This document shows, piece after piece, positions 9,360-17,126 of a stretch of DNA of 64,000 bases. The first letter of the stretch is position 1. Each line of letters starts with the position of its first letter. A program made the position numbers and the translations under genes. The notes beneath the pieces were generated by a model. That model made no database searches. It saw nothing but the letters and a program-made list of their open reading frames with translations, and was not told the origin of the DNA. The stretch is from Anaerolineae bacterium. GTDB taxonomy: Bacteria; Chloroflexota; Anaerolineae; CG2-30-64-16. The stretch is from NCBI GenBank assembly GCA_040772005.1, contig JAXGYZ010000013.1, positions 8,241-72,240 on the forward strand, read 5' to 3'.

Positions 9360-9394
9360 GATACACTGCCCCGATTTCTGCTGAGATAAGCCCT

Positions 9395-9423
9395 ATTTTA
9401 GCACAAGTGTTTCGAAAAATCAA
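9395..9423 (-). promoter_or_regulatory. sigma70-type promoter of the helicase operon with LexA-like box in the spacer
   Basis: TTGATT-17 nt-TAAAAT with extended TG; the spacer contains GCACAAGTGTTT (plus strand 9401-9412), resembling GAAC-N4-GTTC. Confidence 0.55.
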
Positions 9424-9441
9424 CTTATGCTCGACATAATT

Positions 9442-9614
9442 CAGGGCGAAATCATGTTGCACTCGTGCCTTCTGCCTGGCAGTTGAAACTGCGGCTACCA
9501 CTGCAAAACCGACCTGCGTCGGTTAGTTTCCAGTCTGCGAAGGCAGACTTCGCAACGGTAGCCGCAACTTCAGTTGCCGGGTGGGTTCACCTGATGTACT
9601 CTGAAACCGTCCTG
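9442..9614. mobile_element. 173-bp MITE, copy 1
   Basis: Ends CAGGGCG.../...CGTCCTG; flanked by 9-bp direct repeat GACATAATT (9433-9441, 9615-9623); near-identical to 12372-12544. Confidence 0.9.
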
Positions 9615-9627
9615 GACATAATTACGC

Positions 9628-10992
9628 TCACTGTGCCCCGAACAGCGCCAGGATCCGGGCGGTGTGGCGGATGCCCTTCTCGAACAGGTCAAGCCGGATG
9701 TTCTCATCCGGTGCGTGGACGCGACTGCCGGGGTGCCCGAAGCCGACCGTCGCAATGGGCACGTGCAGGTGCTCGATGAAGGCATGGTTTGGGCCCGATC
9801 CACCGATCATGGGCACGACCACCATGTCGTGGGCGAAGACCCCGCGTGCCGCCTCGACCGTCAGGTGGATGAAGGGATCGTCCGGGTCCACGCGGCCCGG
9901 CGCCTCGCCGCCCATCAGCGTCACCTGCACATCACTGAAGCCCTCCGCGTCCAGGTGGCTGCGCAGCTTTGCCAGCACCTCTTCGGGGGTCTGGTTCGGC
10001 ACCAGCCGGAAATCGACCTTCGCGCTCGCCTCCGCGGGGAGCACGGTCTTGGTCCCCGGCCCCTGGTAGCCGGCGGTCAGCCCGCAGATGGTGCAGGTCG
10101 GCTCGAACACCTCTGCCACCTTCAGCTCAAGCCCGCCTGTCATGCTGCGCAGGAAGCCGGGCAGTTCATAACGCCGGAGGTAGTCCTCCGCGGTGTCCGG
10201 CGCGGCAGCCAGCAGCTCCAGGTCGCGCGGGGTCGGCGGCACCACATTGTCGTAGTAGCCGGGAATACGGATGCGCTCGTCCCGCCCCTTGAGGCTGTTG
10301 AGCGCCCAGGTCAGCCGCCAGGCCGCATTTGGGAAGATGGACCCGCCCGTGCCGGAGTGGGCATCCTGTGCAGCCGTCTTGACGCGCAGCTCGACGTAGC
10401 AGATGCCGCGCATCCCGCAGTACTGGAGCGGCACATCGTTCGCGTCCACGCCGCCGAACTCCCAGATGCAGGCGTCGGAGGCAAGCCGGTCCTTGTGCGC
10501 GGCGACGAATTCAGGCAGGTGGATGCTGCCGATCTCCTCCTCGCCCTCGACCAGGAACTTGACGCGGCAGGGCAGGTCGCCCGTCGCCGCGAGCAGTGCA
10601 TCCAGCGCAGCGATACGGCTGAACAGGTGGCCCTTGTCGTCGCTGACCCCGCGCGCATACAGCGCGCCGTCGCGCACCGTGGGCTGGAAGGCCGGGGAGG
10701 TCCACAGCTCCAGCGGCTCCGCGGGCTGGACGTCGTAGTGATTATAGAAGATGAGGGTCTTGTCGCTGCGGCCGCCGCGTTCTGCGTAGACGACCGGATG
10801 ACCGTCCGTCGGCATGATCTCCGCCTCGAAGCCGCGGCGCCGCAGCATGTCGGCCACGAACGCCGCGCACTCGGCCATGCCTTCGCCCTGCGCGGCCACA
10901 CTGGGCAGCGCGCACAGGTCCGACAGCTCCGCGATCCAGGCGTCCATGTGTGCGGTGATATGGGCGTCCAGCCGGTTGAACAATTCGTCCAT
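9628..10992 (-). CDS. M20 family metallopeptidase (DapE/dipeptidase-like)
   Basis: YNHYDVQP, ARGVSDDKG, EGEEEIGS, HSG, DFRLVP, HAPDENI. Confidence 0.9.
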   Translation of the reverse strand: MDELFNRLDAHITAHMDAWIAELSDLCALPSVAAQGEGMAECAAFVADMLRRRGFEAEIMPTDGHPVVYAERGGRSDKTLIFYNHYDVQPAEPLELWTSPAFQPTVRDGALYARGVSDDKGHLFSRIAALDALLAATGDLPCRVKFLVEGEEEIGSIHLPEFVAAHKDRLASDACIWEFGGVDANDVPLQYCGMRGICYVELRVKTAAQDAHSGTGGSIFPNAAWRLTWALNSLKGRDERIRIPGYYDNVVPPTPRDLELLAAAPDTAEDYLRRYELPGFLRSMTGGLELKVAEVFEPTCTICGLTAGYQGPGTKTVLPAEASAKVDFRLVPNQTPEEVLAKLRSHLDAEGFSDVQVTLMGGEAPGRVDPDDPFIHLTVEAARGVFAHDMVVVPMIGGSGPNHAFIEHLHVPIATVGFGHPGSRVHAPDENIRLDLFEKGIRHTARILALFGAQ

Positions 10993-11030
10993 GATATCTA
11001 CCCCTTGCTGTCAAATGTAGAGCGGATTGT

Positions 11031-11115
11031 CTCACGCAAAGACGCCAAGAACGCTAAGGATTTTTATCTGCCGTAACGTCCAGTTCTTCGCCGTGTCTTT
11101 GCGCCTTTGCGTGAG
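11031..11115. repeat. Nonamer-type palindromic repeat (CACGCAAAG family)
   Basis: CTCACGCAAAGACGCCAAGAACGCTAAG...CTTTGCGCCTTTGCGTGAG. Confidence 0.75.
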
Positions 11116-11129
11116 CCAATCCGGGCCTG

Positions 11130-12296
11130 TTATGCCGACGCCTGCCGCGCACGCAGCAGGCCTGCCAGCAGCGCGGCGCGCTCGGGCAGGGACGCGACGA
11201 TGACATGCTCGTGCTGGGCATGGCTCCCATCGCCGTCGACGCCCAGCCCGTCCAGCGTCGGCACGCCCAGCGCGGACGTAAAGTTGCCGTCCGAGCCGCC
11301 GCCCGTCCCGGTCTCGTCCACCGACAAGCCGATCTCCAGTGCGATCGCTTGCGCAATGGCGAACAGCGCGACCGTCTGCGGCGTGCGCACCATCGGGGGC
11401 CGGTTCATGCCCCCGCGTACCTCGATGGTCGTGCCCGTCAGCCGCGGGGTCAGATGGTGCATGTAGGTGTAGACGCGGTCCGCTTCCGCCGCGTTCATCA
11501 CCCGCACATCCACGTGGGCCTGGGCCTGCGCGGGCACCACGTTGCTGCGCGTGCCGCCGCTCACGACACCCACGTTGACCGTCGTGCCGACCGCGTAATC
11601 CGTCAGCGCCTGGATGCTGATGATCTGGTAGGCCAGTTCCTCGATGGCGTTGACGCCTTCGTCGTGCGCCGCGCCGGCGTGGGCGGCCTTGCCCGTCACG
11701 ATGACCTCGAAATCGCCCACCCCCTTGCGCCAGGTCTTAAGCGACCCACGCGGGGGGTGCGCCGGTTCGAGCACGTAGACTGCCCGATGCTGCTTCGCTT
11801 CCTCTTCGATCAACGGCCGCGAGGTGCGGCTGCCGGTCTCCTCGTCGGAGGTGACGAGCAGGGTGATGCGGCGCTCCGGCATCAGGCCCAGCTCCCGCAG
11901 GCTACGGATCGCCCAGACGGCGTTGACGATGCCGCCCTTCATGTCGAACGCGCCCGGTCCGTAGAGGCGGCCGCCTTCTACGCGGACCGGACGTTGCGCG
12001 ATCGTGCCTGTGTCCCAGACCGTGTCCATGTGCGTCAGCAGGAGCAGGCCGTCGCCTGACGCCTGGCCTGCGCCCCACCGGGCGCGGAGATGGTTGCCCG
12101 CGCTCGCCTGTGTCTGAACGTCAACTGCGGCCCCTATCGTGCGGAGTTGCTCGGCCAGCACCGCGCCGAGCCGATCGATGGCCGCCTTGTCGCTGGTGGG
12201 CGACTCCAATTCAACAAGCTGTTGCAGATGCGCGACCATCTCATCCTGGTGCTCGCGCAGGTAGGCGAGGATGCGTTGGTTTTCGGTTTCCGCCAT
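11130..12296 (-). CDS. M20 family metallopeptidase (glutamate carboxypeptidase-like)
   Basis: HMDTVW, GPGAFDMKGG, SDEETGS, GKAAHAG, GGGSDGN, HAQHE; ATG 12296 after GAGGGGAG. Confidence 0.88.
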   Translation of the reverse strand: MAETENQRILAYLREHQDEMVAHLQQLVELESPTSDKAAIDRLGAVLAEQLRTIGAAVDVQTQASAGNHLRARWGAGQASGDGLLLLTHMDTVWDTGTIAQRPVRVEGGRLYGPGAFDMKGGIVNAVWAIRSLRELGLMPERRITLLVTSDEETGSRTSRPLIEEEAKQHRAVYVLEPAHPPRGSLKTWRKGVGDFEVIVTGKAAHAGAAHDEGVNAIEELAYQIISIQALTDYAVGTTVNVGVVSGGTRSNVVPAQAQAHVDVRVMNAAEADRVYTYMHHLTPRLTGTTIEVRGGMNRPPMVRTPQTVALFAIAQAIALEIGLSVDETGTGGGSDGNFTSALGVPTLDGLGVDGDGSHAQHEHVIVASLPERAALLAGLLRARQASA

Positions 12297-12371
12297 TGTG
12301 ACACTCCCCTCTCTGGATGGCCGCAGTGTACCACGAACGGGCGTGGTTTGGAACACGAAGGGGCGAAGGTG

Positions 12372-12544
12372 CAGGGCGAAATCATGTTGCACTCGTGCCT
12401 TCTGCCTGGCAGTTGAAACTGCGGCTACCACTGCAAAACCGACCTGCGTCGGTTAGTTTCCAGTCTGCGAAGGCAGACTTCGCAACGGTAGCCGCAACTT
12501 CAGTTGCCGGGTGGGTTCACCTGATGCACTCTGAAACCGCCCTG
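12372..12544. mobile_element. 173-bp MITE, copy 2
   Basis: Ends CAGGGCG.../...CGCCCTG; flanked by 9-bp direct repeat GCGAAGGTG (12363-12371, 12545-12553); two substitutions relative to copy 1. Confidence 0.9.
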
Positions 12545-12585
12545 GCGAAGGTGACGGAGGACGCGAAGCACGAATAACGCGCAGT

Positions 12586-12614
12586 TTGACAGGGCGGCCT
12601 CTCTGGGCCACAAT
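12586..12614 (+). promoter_or_regulatory. sigma70-type promoter of the epimerase operon
   Basis: TTGACA-17 nt-CACAAT. Confidence 0.6.
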
Positions 12615-12674
12615 GCAGCCGTTTACGGCGAAGTCACAACCCGGGACCGCCGCCATCATTCACACGGAGCAACC

Positions 12675-13706
12675 ATGCGTCTGAACTGGCAGCCGCTTAC
12701 CCTGCAACTGCGCAACCCATTCCGCCTCTCCTACGGTGTCAGCGACACGCGGCGCGTCTTCTGGCTCCGGCTGACCGACGACGCGGGGGTCGAGGGCTGG
12801 GGCGAGGCCGCGATCCCGCCCTATTACGGTGTCTCCGACGAGGCGATGACCGCGTATTGGACAGCGGTAGCCGCGCGCGATGATCCCCTGCCGGAACGGT
12901 TCGAGGACATTCCCGCGTGGGTCGGAAGTGACGGGCCTGCGCCCGCGCGCTGTGCGCTGGACCTCGCGCTGCACGACCGGCTGGCGAGGCAGATCGGGCT
13001 CCCGCTCTGGCAGTTGCTGGGTGTGCCGCAGCCGCCTCCCCTCGCAACCTGCTTCACCATCGCCATTGCCGAACCGGCAGAGATGGGCCGTCTGGCGGTC
13101 GAATCCAGCCGCTTCGCCGCGCTCAAGATCAAGCTCGGCTCGGATGATGACTTTGCCCGGCTGGCCGCGGTGCGCGCCGCGCGACCCGATGCGCGGCTCC
13201 GGCTGGATGCCAACGCAGGCTGGCAGCGCGACGAGGCGGTGGCCCTGGTCGACCGGCTGGCGCAGTTCGACCTCGAGCTCATCGAGCAGCCCGTCGCGAA
13301 GGATGACATTGCGGGACTGGGGTATGTGCAAGCGCGTACGGCCATCCCGGTTGTGGCGGACGAGTCATGCCAGACCCTGGCGGACGTGGAGGCGCTGGCT
13401 GCGGCAGGCGTCCGCGCTATCAACCTCAAGCTGATGAAGGCGGGCGGGTTGGGGCCGGGGCTGGCGATGCTGCGCCGTGCGCAGGCACTCGGCTTGCAGG
13501 TGATGCTCGGCTGCATGGTCGAGACTTCGCTCGGCGTGACCGCGATGGCGCACCTCGCAGGGCTGGCCGACTGGCTCGATCTGGACGGCCCGCTGCTGAT
13601 TGCCAACGATCCCTTCGTGGGTTTACACTATGATGAACGGGGCGGCATCCACGTGCCCACTGAACCGGGCACCGGCGTGACGCTGCGGGACCGAACGACA
13701 GCATAA
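12675..13706 (+). CDS. Dipeptide (L-Ala-D/L-Glu) epimerase, enolase superfamily
   Basis: GWGEA, KIKLG, DANAGW, IEQP, ADES, NLKLMK, GCMVET, DLDG. Confidence 0.88.
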   Translation: MRLNWQPLTLQLRNPFRLSYGVSDTRRVFWLRLTDDAGVEGWGEAAIPPYYGVSDEAMTAYWTAVAARDDPLPERFEDIPAWVGSDGPAPARCALDLALHDRLARQIGLPLWQLLGVPQPPPLATCFTIAIAEPAEMGRLAVESSRFAALKIKLGSDDDFARLAAVRAARPDARLRLDANAGWQRDEAVALVDRLAQFDLELIEQPVAKDDIAGLGYVQARTAIPVVADESCQTLADVEALAAAGVRAINLKLMKAGGLGPGLAMLRRAQALGLQVMLGCMVETSLGVTAMAHLAGLADWLDLDGPLLIANDPFVGLHYDERGGIHVPTEPGTGVTLRDRTTA

Positions 13707-13717
13707 GAGGTACACCC

Positions 13718-14797
13718 ATGCGATTCTTCGATGCTCATTGCGATGCGGTCATGCACAGCTACGACGGCCCGTTCGACTTTGTCGACGGCGATATGCGGCC
13801 GGAGGGCACGCGCTCCCACGTCGACCTGCCCCGGCTGGAGGCGGGCGGCCACTGCGTCCAGCTCTTTGCGGTCTTTGCTTCACAGCGTTATCACGGCGAG
13901 CGTGACGTTCGCCTGCTGGCGCGCAAGGCTATCGCCACCATCCACGGCTGGGCTGCGGCCTCGGCAGGCCGGCTGCACCTGATCCGCACCGCCGCCGACC
14001 TGCGCGCTGCGTGCGCGGTCGATGCGCCGACCCTCGGCAGTGCGCCGACCCTCGGTGCCTTGATCGGCATGGAAGGGGCAGACCCGCTGGCGGACGCGGA
14101 GGAGCTGCGGGAGTTCAGCGATCTGGGCGTGCGGCTCGTCATTCCGGCGTGGGATGACAACCACTTCTCCGGCACTGTGTTCGGCGGCGGCGGGGGCTTG
14201 AGCGACGAGGGGCGCAAGCTGATTCTCCTGGCCGAGGAACTCCGCGTGATGGTGGATGTCTCGCACGCTTCGGACGCGGCCTTCGAGGAGATTGTCGGGC
14301 TGACGCGCCGGCCATTCGTGGCCTCCCACTCGAACTGCCGCACCGTGAGCGCCAGCCCGCGCAACCTGACGGACGCGCAGATCCGGACGCTGGCGGACCG
14401 CGGCGGGGTCATGGGCCTCAACTTCGCGCCCGACTTCCTGGACGCGGACTACCTGGCCGCGTGGAATGACCTCATGGCCCCCATGAAGGACATGGACCCC
14501 GCTGAACAGCAGAAGTACCGGACGGAGGTGGGGCCGCGCGTGGCCGCCATCCCGCTGCCTGGGCTGGATGCCATCGTGCGCCAGGCACGGCACGCGGTGG
14601 ACATCGGCGGTGAGGCGTGTCTCGGCCTGGGGGGAGACCTGGACGGTATCGGCGCCATACCGACCGGCCTGACCGGGGCGCAGGACTACCCGCGCGTCGC
14701 GGAGGCCTTGTCCGCGGGCGGCTTCACCGAACGCCAGGTGGAGCTCATATGCTATGGCAACATGCTGCGCGTGTTCGGGGAGATACTGCCGGAATGA
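13718..14797 (+). CDS. M19 membrane-dipeptidase family protein
   Basis: DAHCD, GMEGA, DVSHAS, ASHSN, PRNLTD, GGDLDG. Confidence 0.88.
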   Translation: MRFFDAHCDAVMHSYDGPFDFVDGDMRPEGTRSHVDLPRLEAGGHCVQLFAVFASQRYHGERDVRLLARKAIATIHGWAAASAGRLHLIRTAADLRAACAVDAPTLGSAPTLGALIGMEGADPLADAEELREFSDLGVRLVIPAWDDNHFSGTVFGGGGGLSDEGRKLILLAEELRVMVDVSHASDAAFEEIVGLTRRPFVASHSNCRTVSASPRNLTDAQIRTLADRGGVMGLNFAPDFLDADYLAAWNDLMAPMKDMDPAEQQKYRTEVGPRVAAIPLPGLDAIVRQARHAVDIGGEACLGLGGDLDGIGAIPTGLTGAQDYPRVAEALSAGGFTERQVELICYGNMLRVFGEILPE

Positions 14798-14873
14798 ACC
14801 GCGAAGACGCGAAGAGCGCAAAGACAATATGAGATAAAGAAAGTCTTCGCGTCCTTTGCGTCTTCGCGGTTCA
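14795..14873. repeat. Nonamer-type palindromic repeat
   Basis: TGAACCGCGAAGACGCGAAGAGCGCAAAG...CTTTGCGTCTTCGCGGTTCA. Confidence 0.8.
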
Positions 14874-14905
14874 ATTTGGCGCGGTTCAAAAGCGAGGTAA
14901 CAATC

Positions 14906-15919
14906 ATGTTGGATGACATCAGGCGGGCGCTGGTCGATCTGAGCCGCCCATTCAGTGATACACGGACACATTATTGCCAGGTCGAGGCCGCGGCGCTTGA
15001 CGATGGACGCTGCGCACTGGCCGGTGCAGTGCTGGACGACACAACCCTGGTCGCACTGCTGGCCGGGCTGACTGCGCGCTTTTCTACCGTCCACTTCGAG
15101 CCGGCAGGCGTACGGGTGCTGCGGGCTGCGCAGCCGCAGGCTGCCGCAGTCGGCACGAACCTGACCGGATTGTACGCCAAACCCTCATTTCTCGCGGAGC
15201 AGGTCAGCCAGTTGCTCAACGGCTGGCTGCTCGAAATCCTGATGACCGAGGGCCGGTGGGCGTTCGTGCGCCAGTCGGATGGCTATCTGGGCTGGGCCTA
15301 TGCGCCGTATCTTGTGCCCGCGCACGGCTGTGCATTCAGCCATCTCGTCAGCGCACCCGTCAGCCTGCTGCACGCCGAACCGCACGGCTCCGCGCCTCTG
15401 GTCAGCCGCATCATGGGCGGCACCGCGGTCGCGGTGGATGCCATCGACGCCGCGTGGGTTCACGTGGTGCTCGCGGGTGATGATGCCGGGTGGATCCCCG
15501 CGGCGGATGTGCGCGCGTTCAGCACGCTGCCGCACGACACGGACACGCGGCGGCGGCAGTTGCTGGCCGACGCCGTGCGCTTTATCGGCGTGCCCTACCT
15601 GTGGGGCGGGTGCTCCGCGCTGGGCATCGACTGCTCCGGCTTCTTGCAGCTCTTGCACCGGCTGGCCGGGGTGACGCTGCCGCGCGACGCCGACATGCAG
15701 TTCGATGCGGGCCGGCCCGTTGCGGAGTCGTTCGAGCCGGGCGACCTGCTCTTCTTCGGTGAGTTGGGCGAGAAGCGCAGCATCACGCACGTCGCGCTGA
15801 GCCTGGGCGGCTGGCACATCATCCACTCGTCGCGCTCACGCAACGGGGTGCGCCAGGACAATGTGCAGGCTGTCGAGCATCTGCGGGAGACTTTTGTCGG
15901 AGCCAGGCGCTTCATATGA
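14906..15919 (+). CDS. SH3 + NlpC/P60 (C40) peptidase, YkfC/dipeptidyl-peptidase VI-like
   Basis: Two SH3b-like repeats (DGYLGW, AGWIP), PYLWGG, DCSG, LPRDA, GDLLFF, HVAL, IIHSS; no signal peptide; ATG 14906 after GAGGT. Confidence 0.85.
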   Translation: MLDDIRRALVDLSRPFSDTRTHYCQVEAAALDDGRCALAGAVLDDTTLVALLAGLTARFSTVHFEPAGVRVLRAAQPQAAAVGTNLTGLYAKPSFLAEQVSQLLNGWLLEILMTEGRWAFVRQSDGYLGWAYAPYLVPAHGCAFSHLVSAPVSLLHAEPHGSAPLVSRIMGGTAVAVDAIDAAWVHVVLAGDDAGWIPAADVRAFSTLPHDTDTRRRQLLADAVRFIGVPYLWGGCSALGIDCSGFLQLLHRLAGVTLPRDADMQFDAGRPVAESFEPGDLLFFGELGEKRSITHVALSLGGWHIIHSSRSRNGVRQDNVQAVEHLRETFVGARRFI

Positions 15920-17031
15920 CCGACCACCTGATGGAAAGCCCGCCCGCAGCGCGTACGCTCATCGACGGCCGCTGGCGCGACTACTTCTCAGGCTGTAGCT
16001 ACCTGGGGTTGCCCGGCCATCCCGGGCTGGTTGCCGCGGCGGTGGAGGCCCTGCAGCGCTACGGACTGACCACCTCGACGTCGCGCGGCGGCTACGGCGA
16101 GCATCCGGTTTACCGTGCTGTCGAGGCTGCGGCTGCGCGTTTCTTCGGCACTGAGGCTGCCACCTACTACGTCTCAGCGTATCTGGGGAGCGTTGCGCTG
16201 CTGCAGGCGCTGATGGGCGAGTACGAGCGCATCTTTGTCGATGAGGCGGCTCATTTCAGCGTGCGTGATGCGATCGCCACAGCGCGTGTGCCATCACACT
16301 TGTTCCGTCATCTCGATCCGGCTGACCTGGCGGTGCAACTCCGAACACACCTGGCCCCGCGCGAGCGGCCACTGGTCCTGACTGATGGCATCTTCCCCAT
16401 CTCCGGCGAGATCGCGCCTGCGGCGGACTACGTGCGGGTGCTGACCGCGTATGAAGGCGCGCTGCTATGCCTGGATGATGCACACGCCACCGGCGTCATC
16501 GGGACGCAGGGGCGCGGGACGGTCGAATACACGCAGGCAACAGCGGCTTCGGCTGGCGTGCGGGTCTTCACCGCGCATACGTTCAGCAAGGCACTGGGGG
16601 GCCACGGCGGCCTGGTTGCAGGTGATGCGGCCTTCATCGCGCAGGTCGGGCGGAGCGCTGTTGCGCTCAGCGCGAGCAGTCCCCCGCCGATTCCCGCGGC
16701 GGCGGCGTCGGCCTGGGCGCTGGATTTCGTCGCTGCGCACCCGGAGCGCCGCACCGCGCTATGGGCGAACGTGGCCCGGGCGCGCGCCGGTTTCCGTGCC
16801 TTGGGCTGGACGCTGGAAGAGAGCCCCTCGCCGATCATCTGCCTGCGGGCGCGGCCCGGCCTGGACCTGGCGCGCATGCAGGCGGAGTTGTTCGAGCGAG
16901 ATATCTGCGTCGCCCATGTCACGCGCTATTCCAGCACACCCGCGGGCGGTGCGCTGCGCGTCGCCATCTTTGCGACGCACAGCGCCGAGCAGATCGACCG
17001 GCTGCTGGCTGAGGTCGCGGTGCTGGCGTAG
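15916..17031 (+). CDS. PLP-dependent class II aminotransferase / alpha-oxoamine synthase (BioF/KBL-like)
   Basis: FSGCSYLGL, DEAAHFS, TDGIFPISG, DDAHATG, TFSKALG; ATGA overlap with the NlpC gene. Confidence 0.8.
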   Translation: MTDHLMESPPAARTLIDGRWRDYFSGCSYLGLPGHPGLVAAAVEALQRYGLTTSTSRGGYGEHPVYRAVEAAAARFFGTEAATYYVSAYLGSVALLQALMGEYERIFVDEAAHFSVRDAIATARVPSHLFRHLDPADLAVQLRTHLAPRERPLVLTDGIFPISGEIAPAADYVRVLTAYEGALLCLDDAHATGVIGTQGRGTVEYTQATAASAGVRVFTAHTFSKALGGHGGLVAGDAAFIAQVGRSAVALSASSPPPIPAAAASAWALDFVAAHPERRTALWANVARARAGFRALGWTLEESPSPIICLRARPGLDLARMQAELFERDICVAHVTRYSSTPAGGALRVAIFATHSAEQIDRLLAEVAVLA

Positions 17032-17074
17032 ACGCAGTCTTGCGCCACACCGGCGGTGCGCACTCACAAAACAA

Positions 17075-17104
17075 ATGGGGCCTGTGTGCAACACAGGCCC
17101 CATC
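17075..17104. terminator. Hairpin between convergent genes, probable terminator
   Basis: ATGGGGCCTGTGT-GCA-ACACAGGCCCCAT, with an A-run on the left (U-tract for the minus strand). Confidence 0.7.
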
Positions 17105-17126
17105 TGCTTATCGATCCGTTGCGGCG

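Noticed and set aside
9590-9610. Hammerhead-like CTGATG...GAAAC in the MITE
   Set aside because: It lacks the conserved A after CTGANG and has no stem II; it is part of the terminal repeat
9442-12544. Composite transposon carrying the two M20 peptidases between the MITE copies
   Set aside because: Each copy has its own distinct 9-bp duplication, which indicates independent insertions
14022-14056. 18-bp tandem duplication in the dipeptidase (APTLGS APTLGA)
   Set aside because: A simple in-frame slippage with no evidence of function
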